IMG/VR virus record: IMGVR_UViG_3300047669_001410
Location: 1 to 36,540 of that record
From: a virus
Lineage: Duplodnaviria; Caudoviricetes
Strand: one strand, 5' to 3'
Length of the DNA: 36,540 nt
The position numbers and the translations under genes are program-made. Under the pieces are notes generated by a model. That model had not been told where the DNA came from and did not search any database. It saw nothing but the letters and a program-made list of their open reading frames with translations. This document shows positions 26,758 through 35,988 of this stretch, in pieces (position 1 is the first letter of the stretch; each line of letters opens with the position of its first letter).

Positions 26758-26764
26758 GTGCGTA
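26758..26764 (+). promoter_or_regulatory. GTGCGTA motif, putative late promoter for the tail fibre
   Basis: Intergenic, 51 nt before the ATG. Confidence 0.55.
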
Positions 26765-26808
26765 ACATTAGTTAATCCCTTGGGTCATGGTCCCTTACAG
26801 GAGGAAGA

Positions 26809-29802
26809 ATGGCAGATTTAAAAGTAACTGAAACGCCAACAAGAGTTGCGTATCAAATAGGATCTACTTCACAAACTACGTTTGCAGTTAATTTTCCGTT
26901 TTTTAAAACGTCAGATTTAGATGTATATTCTGGAACTTCGCTTAAAGGTTTAACCTCAGATTATTCTATTACAACTATTGCTGCTGACGATGGTGGTTTT
27001 ATTTCTGGCTCTGTTATTTTTAATACTGGTCAAGCTGATACAATTGTCACAATTGTTAGAAACATAACTCAAGAACGCACAACAGATTTTCCTCCTAGCG
27101 GCGGGTTTAATATTAGAGAATTAAACAGGCAACTAGATCAATTAACAGCAATTTCTCAAGACCTAGATAGAAAAATAGATCAAAAAATTGGTTTTAAAGA
27201 AACGGATTTTGATGGCGATGTTGTTAACGTTTCCGAAAGTGCTGCAAGCAGAGCGAACAAATATATTGGTTTTAGCTCTACTGGTAAGGCAATTGTCGCT
27301 AAAGAAGGCTCGACAACGGGTGTTGCTGGCACGATTGATTCATCAAAAGTGCCTTTAGAAAGAAAAATTAATACAACTGGCGGTTTAACTGGCGGCGGTG
27401 ACTTAAACGATAATAGAACGTTACAAATGGCTGTTGTCCCGAATGTATTTAGCCAGACAGCGTACACTAATCCAACTTTAAAAGTAAACGATAAAGGCCA
27501 AATTACTGAAATTAATAATGGAACTGCAGGAACTGGAGGTTCTGATATAACTGCAGGAGCTGGTTTAGAAACTGGCACAAACGAAGCAGGCAACAGAACT
27601 ATTGGCATGATAGAAACTGGAATTTCAGATGCAGATGAGTCTATTCTTGGGTTAAGCGTTAAATTCCCAACAAGAATTGATTACAACAAACTAGGCCAAC
27701 TTGAGCGAGCTATTGAAGGAGTAGAGCCAGCAGCAGGAACAAATAGAGTTATAGGTACAGGAGCTTTAACTGGTGGTGGCCCATTATCTGCAGTAACTCA
27801 ATCAATTGGAATGACAACATTATTTGGTCCACTAACTAGTGGGGCAGCAAATCCAGCAACACAGGGTACTCATTCAAACGCTACTTTAGGAATAGATCAA
27901 TACGGACGAGTAACAAGCCTTATTAGCGGAACAGCTTCTGGTCTTGGGTGGATTAACGTAGCGGACGCGCCTTATAACGCTAGTAATACTGGAGCAGACG
28001 CTAGCACAGCTATTAACGCTGCTATAGCTGCTTTAGGTCCACTTGGAGGAGTTCTGTATTTTCCTGCGGGGCTTTTTGCTTCAAGTACTCCTTTTGCTAT
28101 TACTGACAAACCTGTTCATGTCCGTGGCGCTGGTATTGATGTAACAAGAATTGAATTTACTGGAGTAAACGGTGGGTTTACTTTTAATATGTCTGGTTCT
28201 GCATCAAGGCAAGGAGGGGCGCCCACTAATGAAGCCGGTCATGAAGTTACTGTTTCAGATATGACTATTACTACTAATAAACCAGGTGGTGTAAATAATG
28301 TAGCTTTAAAATTTAACAATCCTCACTTCAAAGGAGTAGCTGATCCTAGCGTGGCAATAGATCGAGTTGCTATTTTAGGTTCCACTAATCAAGGTTTTTT
28401 TCATTACGGAATATATCTTGATGGTTGCCCTCATGCAAAAATATCTAATTGTTATTTAGATGGGCAAGCTACAAACGCTGCCAATACCGTCTCATTTAGA
28501 GGTACAGAAGCTGCAATATACATAGTTTCAGGATTTAACACTGTTAGCGGTCTACAGGTAACCCAATCGGCAACAGAAACACATATTAGTAATTGTAATA
28601 TTATATTAAACAAAATAGGAATTTATATTTCTAATCCTGTTGTGTCTGGCGTTGAATCCGAAACAGTAACTGGCACATCTGAAGGGCTTTATATAACTAA
28701 TTGTGGTTTTGTGCAAAACAACACTGCAATAAATTCAAACGTTCTAAAAGGAGCGTTAGGATTGCAAATGACAAATTGTCACTTAAATAGTCAAGTCCAT
28801 TCAATTTTTGGTAAATTTGAGCAAGCAGTTATAAGTAATAATTTGTTTTATACAGCTCCAACAGCAAATGCAGGGGTTTGTATTCATTTTACTACAGTTG
28901 ACAGTATTAAAAATCAGAATCAATCTTTTGTTATTAATGGAAATATTTTTGTTCAGAATGGAACAAACTGCTATGGCATAGTTATTGGAGATCCAGCAAG
29001 CGACTCGACTCTACAAATTCTGGGAGCAATTATAAGCAACAACCATTTTCAATGGCAGGGCAACCAACCAGCTGTATTATTGACATATAATTGTAAAAAC
29101 ATAACATTAAACGGTAATTCAGTTGAAGGTAATGGAACAAATGTTTTTCATAACGATAGTACTTTTAATATAGCTTGTTCTGTTTCTAGGCGAGCTGCTC
29201 TTTTTGTTCCAGACGGTGCTATTGATGCTTTAATTGGAACAAGAGTAGGCAATACTCCAACTTCTATTCCTAATGGTAGTATTGATATTATGCCTCAAAC
29301 ATTAACGACAATTTACGATACTGGTGACTTAATAAGCAATAAAGTAATAGGCAGTGCAGGATCTAGAACAGTTCTTGCAATTCCTTTAGATAAGTCAGTT
29401 AAATGGGTGCGAGTTGGCGTAAAAGCAAGTATGTCAAATACAAACGCAGCACTTGTGCCTACGGAAGCTAATCCTGGCGCTGTTCTTTTAATGATTAAAC
29501 ATTTTCATAGTTCTGGTGTTCATTATAAAGCAGGAATAAGTCAAGGATCTGTGCAACCAGATTATGCTTCAAGCGATGGATTTCTTAATGGGAGCAGTGG
29601 TTCAGGGCTAGACTACGAATCATGCGCTATGGATTCAGCTATTGCTTCGTCACAAAGTTCTATTGGTTTAACAGCAACTTCTGGTTTAGTTCGTGTTTAT
29701 CCAGGCGATTATTTTGGTATAGTTTTTGGCAATACTTCTGGAGCTGTTGTTGGATTAGAAAAAGGATGTCAGTTTTGGATGGAGGTAATTGAAGGGATTT
29801 AA
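26809..29802 (+). CDS. Tail fibre/tailspike with T7 gp17-like anchor and pectate-lyase-like beta-helix
   Basis: N-terminal FAVNFPFF...DLDVY...LNRQLDQLT, GLTGGG repeats, WINVAD...DASTAINAAI...LYFPAG, and Asn/Cys ladders (ISNC, ITNC, INGNIF). Confidence 0.88.
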   Translation: MADLKVTETPTRVAYQIGSTSQTTFAVNFPFFKTSDLDVYSGTSLKGLTSDYSITTIAADDGGFISGSVIFNTGQADTIVTIVRNITQERTTDFPPSGGFNIRELNRQLDQLTAISQDLDRKIDQKIGFKETDFDGDVVNVSESAASRANKYIGFSSTGKAIVAKEGSTTGVAGTIDSSKVPLERKINTTGGLTGGGDLNDNRTLQMAVVPNVFSQTAYTNPTLKVNDKGQITEINNGTAGTGGSDITAGAGLETGTNEAGNRTIGMIETGISDADESILGLSVKFPTRIDYNKLGQLERAIEGVEPAAGTNRVIGTGALTGGGPLSAVTQSIGMTTLFGPLTSGAANPATQGTHSNATLGIDQYGRVTSLISGTASGLGWINVADAPYNASNTGADASTAINAAIAALGPLGGVLYFPAGLFASSTPFAITDKPVHVRGAGIDVTRIEFTGVNGGFTFNMSGSASRQGGAPTNEAGHEVTVSDMTITTNKPGGVNNVALKFNNPHFKGVADPSVAIDRVAILGSTNQGFFHYGIYLDGCPHAKISNCYLDGQATNAANTVSFRGTEAAIYIVSGFNTVSGLQVTQSATETHISNCNIILNKIGIYISNPVVSGVESETVTGTSEGLYITNCGFVQNNTAINSNVLKGALGLQMTNCHLNSQVHSIFGKFEQAVISNNLFYTAPTANAGVCIHFTTVDSIKNQNQSFVINGNIFVQNGTNCYGIVIGDPASDSTLQILGAIISNNHFQWQGNQPAVLLTYNCKNITLNGNSVEGNGTNVFHNDSTFNIACSVSRRAALFVPDGAIDALIGTRVGNTPTSIPNGSIDIMPQTLTTIYDTGDLISNKVIGSAGSRTVLAIPLDKSVKWVRVGVKASMSNTNAALVPTEANPGAVLLMIKHFHSSGVHYKAGISQGSVQPDYASSDGFLNGSSGSGLDYESCAMDSAIASSQSSIGLTATSGLVRVYPGDYFGIVFGNTSGAVVGLEKGCQFWMEVIEGI

Positions 29803-29805
29803 TTA

Positions 29806-29961
29806 ATGCTTTGCTTTGATTGTTGGGTAAAAATTAATCCTAAAGATTTAAAAGAACAGTTTCTAATTTTTGCCAGCGGGGATTGGCGTCATTTAAGATG
29901 TTACGAAAAAGCAATGGAGATAAAAAATGCAAAGTATTATAACGCTTCTAACAAGCGGTGA
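29806..29961 (+). CDS. 51-aa putative zinc-finger protein
   Basis: Manual translation: MLCFDCWVKINPKDLKEQFLIFASGDWRHLRCYEK..., giving CxxC...HxxC. Confidence 0.55.
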   Translation: MLCFDCWVKINPKDLKEQFLIFASGDWRHLRCYEKAMEIKNAKYYNASNKR

Positions 29962-30127
29962 AGTTGGCACATGGATAAGCGCAGTTACAGGAATTGTTAC
30001 AGCTTGTACTGCTGTTACAGCTATTACTCCTTCAAAATCAGACGACGTTGCTATCAATGCTATTTTGAAAGTGTTAAATATGTTGTCAGGCAATTTTGGA
30101 AAAAATATAAATAAAGACGATAAATGA
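29927..30127 (+). CDS. Small membrane protein, holin-like
   Basis: TM segment followed by TPSKSDD. GGAG SD, and it precedes the spanins. Confidence 0.6.
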   Translation: MQSIITLLTSGEVGTWISAVTGIVTACTAVTAITPSKSDDVAINAILKVLNMLSGNFGKNINKDDK

Positions 30128-30348
30128 TTGGAATTGTTTCCAGCGTTCTAAAGATATTTGGAGCGTTATCTGGCATGTGGAGAGAAAAGAATTTAATGGA
30201 TGCTGGCGCTGCTAAGCAGATAGTAAAAGCTAAAATTGAAACAGAAAAGGTATTGCAAGATGCAAGAAGTCACGCAAAAGTTTTGCGGAATACTATTGCT
30301 AAGTCTAGCAATAACGAGTTGCGGAGCAAGTGGACTCGTAAAGACTGA
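30124..30348 (+). CDS. Putative i-spanin (Rz-like)
   Basis: Hydrophobic N-terminus and helical body, overlapped by a lipoprotein gene. Confidence 0.55.
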   Translation: MIGIVSSVLKIFGALSGMWREKNLMDAGAAKQIVKAKIETEKVLQDARSHAKVLRNTIAKSSNNELRSKWTRKD

Positions 30349-30466
30349 TATTGGTTGTCAGCTTTGGAGAGAAAACACTCCTTTAGCTAGCTCAATTGAC
30401 ACTTCAAAAACATTAAACGACATTATTATTTTTAATGAAGTTATGGATAAAGCTTGTGCTAATTGA
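30260..30466 (+). CDS. Putative o-spanin lipoprotein (Rz1-like)
   Basis: MQEVTQKFCGILLLSLAITS-C lipobox. Starts inside the upstream gene in the +1 frame and has additional Cys residues. Confidence 0.65.
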   Translation: MQEVTQKFCGILLLSLAITSCGASGLVKTDIGCQLWRENTPLASSIDTSKTLNDIIIFNEVMDKACAN

Positions 30467-31544
30467 TGAGGATGAGCTTACGCAGCTGGTTATTTTGTAT
30501 CGTAAACATAATCTTTCTATCCGGCGTACTGCTTCTGAGCTTGGTATGGACAGGAATACTACTAGCAGGAGGCTTAATAAAGCACGTGAATTGGGTCTTT
30601 TGGGGCTGGATGAAAAAACTGAATGGGGAAAAAGTATAAACATTATGGAAAAAAGCAAACCGTTAGAACCTATTTTTGAAGCTCCAGAATTAATAAGCGA
30701 AGACGTTCCAATTGAAGAATTAATTGAAAGAAAGTTATACGATTTTGAGCGCAAACAACAAGCCGCTGAAAGCAGAAAATTAATTAATATTAAAATAAAA
30801 GAAAAAGGTCCAATTGGCTTAATCACTTTTGGCGACCCTCACGTTGATGATGACGGTTGTGATTTCAAAGCTTTATTAAGAGATGTTGAAATTGCAAAAA
30901 ATACAAAAGGAATGATGGCTGGAAATGTTGGAGATCTTCAAAACAACTGGGTGGGCCGGTTATCTCGTTTATACGGAGAGCAATCTACTAGCAAACGTCA
31001 AGCTTGGCAACTTACCGAATGGTTGGCTACTGAAGTTCCTTGGTTATTTTTAATTAAAGGTAATCATGATATGTGGACAGGCACAGGAGATCCCCTTGAT
31101 TACATGAAAATTCCAGGGCAAGGCATTTTAGAAGAATGGAGTACTCGATTAGCTTTGCAATTCCCTAACGGAAAAGAAGTAAGAGTTCATTGTCGCCACG
31201 ATTTTAAAGGTCACAGCCAATGGAATTTAGCGCATGGCATTGCTAAAGCAGCTCAAATGTATTGGCACGATCATATTTTGTTAGCAGGACACAAACACGT
31301 TACTGCTTACAACATAGTTATGCAACCATCTGACGGAATGCTTTCGCATTGCATTAGGGTTGGAGGATATAAAAAATACGATACTTATGCAAAAGTTGGA
31401 AACTTTGAAGATCATAATTTTGCTTCAAGTTGTGTATGCGTTATTAATCCAGAAGCAGAAACAGAATCTGGTTTAGTTCAAGTGTTTTGGGACGTTGAAG
31501 CTGGAGCAGATTATTTAACTTATTTAAGAAAAGAATACGATTAA
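30435..31544 (+). CDS. Calcineurin-like metallophosphoesterase with N-terminal HTH
   Basis: Motifs GDPH, GDLQNN, KGNHD, RHD and AGHKH. N-terminal SIRRTASELGMDRNTTSRRL. Confidence 0.88.
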   Translation: MKLWIKLVLIDEDELTQLVILYRKHNLSIRRTASELGMDRNTTSRRLNKARELGLLGLDEKTEWGKSINIMEKSKPLEPIFEAPELISEDVPIEELIERKLYDFERKQQAAESRKLINIKIKEKGPIGLITFGDPHVDDDGCDFKALLRDVEIAKNTKGMMAGNVGDLQNNWVGRLSRLYGEQSTSKRQAWQLTEWLATEVPWLFLIKGNHDMWTGTGDPLDYMKIPGQGILEEWSTRLALQFPNGKEVRVHCRHDFKGHSQWNLAHGIAKAAQMYWHDHILLAGHKHVTAYNIVMQPSDGMLSHCIRVGGYKKYDTYAKVGNFEDHNFASSCVCVINPEAETESGLVQVFWDVEAGADYLTYLRKEYD

Positions 31545-31777
31545 CAATTTTTTAATTCTATTCTTGCTCGTCTTTGCAGCTCCCATCCTGGAACTTCTTC
31601 AATGTCGTCAACTAAAATTGCATTAAACAGTTTTCCAAAATCTATAGTATGAAAGTAAAGCTGTAACTCATCACGAAATTTATCTTTAGCAACATCTTCA
31701 GCTTCGTTGTGATCTTCAGCTATGACTTCTATTTCTTGATTATGCGTAAATTCTAATTTTACTTTGTAAGTTGGCAT
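31541..31777 (-). CDS. Hypothetical protein
   Basis: YKVKL...IEVIAEDHNEAEDVA small-phage-protein pattern, with AAGGA SD. Confidence 0.7.
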   Translation of the reverse strand: MPTYKVKLEFTHNQEIEVIAEDHNEAEDVAKDKFRDELQLYFHTIDFGKLFNAILVDDIEEVPGWELQRRARIELKNC

Positions 31778-31796
31778 TTTTTTTCCTTTGTTAGTT

Positions 31797-32114
31797 TTAA
31801 AAAGGATTTAATATTTTAAGTTTTTCTGTTCTGTCGTTATTAACTTTTATTGCTAATTGAGCTTTAGTTAAACTAACAGACTGAGAAGTTAATTTTGTTT
31901 TTGTTTGTTGAGAATTTTTAGAACAATGAATTTCCCATTCCGTTTCTAAAAACCAATCAATGTCATCAATATACCATCTGGACCCTCCAAAAGTTTTAGT
32001 TGCTTTTTTGTTAAGTTTTGAAGGTATTCTTTGTTTGTTAGCAATTCCTAACATTTTACAAACTTCAGATTTAATTAACGGAACTCGTCTGTCAATATTT
32101 GTAATGTTATTCAT
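31797..32114 (-). CDS. Excisionase/AlpA-like HTH protein
   Basis: LIKSEVCKMLGI...GGSRWYIDDIDWFL. Confidence 0.6.
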   Translation of the reverse strand: MNNITNIDRRVPLIKSEVCKMLGIANKQRIPSKLNKKATKTFGGSRWYIDDIDWFLETEWEIHCSKNSQQTKTKLTSQSVSLTKAQLAIKVNNDRTEKLKILNPF

Positions 32115-32292
32115 TAACCTTTACCTTTTTTTTTGCGGGTCTTTTCCCAGACTTAATCATATGGACGTATGGCACTGAACATTCTGCTCGATAAGCAATT
32201 TCTTTAAAAGAAATAATAGGAAACGTGTTTAGCCCTTCAAGAACTTTTAAATACTTTGTTACGTATAAATGTTCTTTCATTTTACTCTCCAT
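32107..32292 (-). CDS. Small HTH protein
   Basis: SFKEIAYRAECSVPYVHMIKSGKR. Confidence 0.65.
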   Translation of the reverse strand: MESKMKEHLYVTKYLKVLEGLNTFPIISFKEIAYRAECSVPYVHMIKSGKRPAKKKVKVNE

Positions 32293-32316
32293 TATTTAGC
32301 TATATATGTTCTTTAA

Positions 32317-32748
32317 TTATTTGTAAAAAATATGATTTCCAATTTGCATTACGTATACGTATTTCCAAGCTGGATTTACGTCAACTGCATGGTAAAATAA
32401 ACTGCCTTCTGTAATGTCTATACGCCCGTATGAGTGCCAAGCTTCTTGTGCGACCATCATTGCCTGATTGAACGCCACAGGGTCTGTAGGAGTGTCTGAC
32501 TTGCCATCACAGTAGTACGAGAACTGGCACTTGTGTTTAATCGGTTTGGACTTATTCCATGCCAAAGTCGGTCCTTCTTTAACTACATCACAGATCGTGT
32601 TAGGCCATCGACTGTCATGGGTTCTGTTAATAACTGTGTTTGCCACGGCCAATTGACCCACTAAAGGCTCTCCTCGGCTTTCATGGTACACTGTGACTGC
32701 CAGACAAGTAAGTTGTAATCCGATAGCTACCACGGCTGTTTCTAGCAT
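32317..32748 (-). CDS. SleB/CwlJ-type cell wall hydrolase (Hydrolase_2)
   Basis: CLAVTVYHESRGE...GQLAVA.TVINR, CQFSYYCDG and IGNHIFY. Confidence 0.92.
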   Translation of the reverse strand: MLETAVVAIGLQLTCLAVTVYHESRGEPLVGQLAVANTVINRTHDSRWPNTICDVVKEGPTLAWNKSKPIKHKCQFSYYCDGKSDTPTDPVAFNQAMMVAQEAWHSYGRIDITEGSLFYHAVDVNPAWKYVYVMQIGNHIFYK

Positions 32749-33132
32749 TTAATTTTCCTTTTCGTCACTGCTTTCTTTAATCTGAATTTGTAACCGTTTT
32801 TGAGCAGATATTTTTCTATCTTTATCTAAAACGTTTTGATTTTCAGCGTCTAAAAGAATGGCTACTGAAGCTGCAACATGAGCTAAATGAGGAAGCCCAC
32901 TATCAGCATCATTATCTTCTCCGTCAAACCAGCTTGTTAAATGTCGTTGCATTGCGTGATAATAAGTGCTTTCTTTTATTCTTGTTAAACGCCAATTTCT
33001 TTTTCCGTATTTTTTTGCTCCATGTTGCATAACAAGACTAATTAGCTTCATAGCAATAGGCGGGAAAAGCCCTAATGGAATTTTTTCCTCGCCTTTTTTT
33101 GCTTTGGGATTGTTGTCAGAAATAGACATCAA
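32749..33132 (-). CDS. dATP/dGTP diphosphohydrolase domain protein (DUF5664)
   Basis: VMQHGAKKYGKRNWR...AMQRHL..WFDGEDND.DSGLPHLAH. Confidence 0.85.
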   Translation of the reverse strand: MMSISDNNPKAKKGEEKIPLGLFPPIAMKLISLVMQHGAKKYGKRNWRLTRIKESTYYHAMQRHLTSWFDGEDNDADSGLPHLAHVAASVAILLDAENQNVLDKDRKISAQKRLQIQIKESSDEKEN

Positions 33133-33575
33133 AACAATATCTCATCTTCAATCATATCTTTTTTAGCTTGAGCGTCTGTTTCGTTTTTGCTCATTGTAAC
33201 AGGGTATGATTCATTTGCTGATTCTGAGTTTTTAGGCCGAGATAAAACTTCAAAATTGCCGCTGTATGCTGGAACAATAACTTCTGTTACCCAGACTTTG
33301 TCGCCGCTTTTGTTATCGTAAGAACGAGTTTTCATTTCGCCTTGAACAAGAACAAGTGTTCCTTTTCGTCCAGCTTTTTCTGCAAAATTAACTTTAGCAG
33401 GATTAAAGATAACAACTTTATGCCAAGCAGTTATATCTTTGTATTCGCCTGTTTCTTTGTCTTTGTAAGATTGGTTTGTGGCCATATTAAAATTAACTAC
33501 TTTGCCTCCGTTTTTTAATTCACGGGCTTCAGCGTCTTGTCCTAATGATCCTACAAGCGTTACTTGATTAAACAT
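33129..33575 (-). CDS. ssb: Single-stranded DNA-binding protein
   Basis: MFNQVTLVGSLGQD, WHKVVIFN and acidic tail EDEILF. AGGAG before ATG 33575. Confidence 0.95.
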   Translation of the reverse strand: MFNQVTLVGSLGQDAEARELKNGGKVVNFNMATNQSYKDKETGEYKDITAWHKVVIFNPAKVNFAEKAGRKGTLVLVQGEMKTRSYDNKSGDKVWVTEVIVPAYSGNFEVLSRPKNSESANESYPVTMSKNETDAQAKKDMIEDEILF

Positions 33576-34173
33576 TTTTTGTTTCTCCTTGTTTAAGTGC
33601 TGATAATTTTGATTCAAAAGCTTTAACTGCTGCGTGCGCTGGTTGTCCTTCGTTTATGCCAATCTTTGATAATTGACCGCCGTATTTTGCTTTAGCTTCT
33701 TGTACCGCTGCAACATTAGGGGCTTTAGAAACTGCTTCATTAAAATCTGTAATAACAAAATGTTCATTGCTTTGTTGAAGATATTTATTGTCATCAAATT
33801 TACCAAGAAATACATCTGCATTAAATCCTAAATAACTAAGGCATTTAGTCAGTCCGTCTGTAGCTGCTTTCTTAAAAGCATCAGTGTCTGGTAATTTTTT
33901 GTGGTCAATTAATGACACGCCACCAAATTGTTCAATAGTTTGATCTTTTGTCCCATGCCACAATGTTATTTTAAGAATAAGCATATTTGTGTCAGGTGGA
34001 AAAATTGGATCAGATACAGACCAACCCCAGCCTTTGCCAGCAGGGCCAAATTGTTCAGTAGCAGCTTGTATTTGTGAATGGGCATCAATAGCAGATAAAC
34101 GGCCAGCTTTTTTAACGTTTGTAGTACGAGTAATGGAAACTGCATTCCATAAATCCATATTGTTTTTAGTCAT
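33568..34173 (-). CDS. Rad52/Sak-like single-strand annealing protein
   Basis: EQFGPAGKGWG and DAFKKAATDGLTKCLSYLGFNADVF, adjacent to ssb. Confidence 0.8.
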   Translation of the reverse strand: MTKNNMDLWNAVSITRTTNVKKAGRLSAIDAHSQIQAATEQFGPAGKGWGWSVSDPIFPPDTNMLILKITLWHGTKDQTIEQFGGVSLIDHKKLPDTDAFKKAATDGLTKCLSYLGFNADVFLGKFDDNKYLQQSNEHFVITDFNEAVSKAPNVAAVQEAKAKYGGQLSKIGINEGQPAHAAVKAFESKLSALKQGETKNV

Positions 34174-34540
34174 TTAAATCTCCAGATGTTAAATAAACAC
34201 GTTCTACTCTGCCGCCTACGCCCATTGGTTTGCGCAATTTTGACGGGTGTTTGTAAATTACTCCAATGTTATGTTTGTATTTTTCTTTAAACAAATCACT
34301 AATTCTTGGTCTAATAGATAATTTTTCTCGTTTCATTAAAGTGCAAATTTCAGTGCTAGTTAAACCGTCAGGCCATTCTTGAAGTAATTTATAAACTGCA
34401 ATAGCGTCATCATTTGCGTTAGGTTGAACAACAGCGGCAGCTAATGCGGAAGCAAGGTCTTTGCCTTTGGCTACTTGAGGTTCAGTAAAAGTTAATGGTA
34501 AACTATCATGAATTGAACGTCTAAGCTCATGTCGTGTCAT
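34166..34540 (-). CDS. Winged-helix DNA-binding protein
   Basis: DGLTSTEICTLM...SIRPRISDL. ATGA overlap at 34540. Confidence 0.7.
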   Translation of the reverse strand: MTRHELRRSIHDSLPLTFTEPQVAKGKDLASALAAAVVQPNANDDAIAVYKLLQEWPDGLTSTEICTLMKREKLSIRPRISDLFKEKYKHNIGVIYKHPSKLRKPMGVGGRVERVYLTSGDLND

Positions 34541-35433
34541 TCTAATGCCTCCTTGAGTTGTGTGTTGTGTTGTGTGCAAAACCTAGACGCTTCACAATAT
34601 TTTTCGCATCTCATATAAGTTCCTGCTCTGTGCTGTACATAAAGAGAATCTTTGATTGTTTTTGTAAATTTCATATCAGGATCTGCAATCCAGTTAGTAG
34701 CTTCTTCTGCTGTATCAAATAAACGTTTAGCTTTTTCTTTTTCAGGAATCATAACAGCGTATTTTTCGTCACGAAGCCAACGTTCACTATCAGAACATTC
34801 TGGTAATTTAGTTTTTCCTGCAAGGTATTTAGCTAAACGCATTTCTAAAAATTGTCTTTGTTCTTCGACTGACCAAAGCTCAACATCGTAAGATTCAACA
34901 GGACAGCTTGGGTAATGATTTGTGCCTGCGCGACTAGCCATCCAATCATTAAATTGAACAATTACTTGAAGTGAATGAACTGGTTTTCCAGATGTTATTG
35001 TTTTTAAATAAGCGTAAAGATTAAGCTGAAATTGAACGTCTAATGGAACTCCATTTTTGTATTTAAATATACTAGACGTTTTGTAATCAGTTAAAACGCC
35101 AGCTTTGTAATGATCGTATTGTCCAGTAATCCGAACAGTTGGATAACCTTCTATATTAAATGTAAGCCCAATTCTTTCTTCAACAGTTGCACTAGGGTCT
35201 GCGTGTTTTGATAATTGGCTGTGAACTCCTATCCCTGTAAGTTGTTTTATCATGTCAGAAACATCGACAGATATATCTTCGTAATGTTTCTTTTTAAGAA
35301 CAGTTTGTCGAATAGGAGATAACAATTCAGTAACGCTAATGTCTCCTGTGTCCATGTTGGATCTTTCGGCGGCATCTGCTTTTGCCCAATTAACATAAGC
35401 GTCTGGGAGTTGATAACGATTTGTTATTTGCAT
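34537..35433 (-). CDS. PD-(D/E)XK exonuclease (RecB/Cas4-like)
   Basis: ISVTELL, G.GVH, ITGQYD...LTDYKT, QLNLYAYL and a C-terminal Cys cluster RC..YC....FC. Confidence 0.85.
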   Translation of the reverse strand: MQITNRYQLPDAYVNWAKADAAERSNMDTGDISVTELLSPIRQTVLKKKHYEDISVDVSDMIKQLTGIGVHSQLSKHADPSATVEERIGLTFNIEGYPTVRITGQYDHYKAGVLTDYKTSSIFKYKNGVPLDVQFQLNLYAYLKTITSGKPVHSLQVIVQFNDWMASRAGTNHYPSCPVESYDVELWSVEEQRQFLEMRLAKYLAGKTKLPECSDSERWLRDEKYAVMIPEKEKAKRLFDTAEEATNWIADPDMKFTKTIKDSLYVQHRAGTYMRCEKYCEASRFCTQHNTQLKEALE

Positions 35434-35447
35434 TTTAAATCCAAACT

Positions 35448-35720
35448 TTATTCATATATTGAAATGCAATTTTGCAGTTGCTCAGAAATTGCAGCAGTCA
35501 TTGCAATTGTTGAAATTAAACTGCTTTGATGTAAGTTAACTGTAACTGGATTTGCGTTTTGAACCATTCTTGCTTGATTTTGCGCAACATCAGTAAGTAC
35601 TTTTAGTTCTTCTCCAATTTTTTTAATTTCTTCCATGCAGTCTTTGTGCATTTTTTTACTTGGAAAGTATTTGTCGTAAACTTCTCTGTCGTTTTCATAA
35701 TTAATAATATCAATAGCCAT
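35448..35720 (-). CDS. Hypothetical protein
   Basis: 90-aa ORF co-oriented with its neighbours. Confidence 0.65.
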   Translation of the reverse strand: MAIDIINYENDREVYDKYFPSKKMHKDCMEEIKKIGEELKVLTDVAQNQARMVQNANPVTVNLHQSSLISTIAMTAAISEQLQNCISIYE

Positions 35721-35988
35721 AATTTAACGCCTTTTGTATGGGTTTGTAAGTATAACTAAAATAATGCAGTATAAACAATAAGAAACACCATCATAACTGC
35801 GATCATTTAAGTAAAAACAGGTTCTTTCTTCCAACTAATTCTTAGCAAAATTGCTTTGCTAAACTCCCCGTTGGTTAACTTAATTTTCATCAAATATATA
35901 AATTGATTTAAAAAAAGCAGAAAAGATTTTTATAGCTGATGCCTGTTCACCTGCGTGTGTGAAGGAGGGGGAGCAATGAATTTGAAAA

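Noticed and set aside
26809-29802. BPP-1-style diversity-generating retroelement
   Set aside because: No reverse transcriptase is encoded, and I noticed no TR/VR repeat pair.
6015-31544. Alternative genetic code
   Set aside because: Core genes are full length and tightly packed under the standard bacterial code.
32749-33132. Z-genome or other modified-base system
   Set aside because: Only the DUF5664 domain is present. I saw no purZ, dedicated polymerase or deazaguanine genes.
34537-35433. CRISPR-Cas (Cas4-like nuclease)
   Set aside because: There is no array or other cas gene, and the context is an exonuclease-annealase-SSB module.
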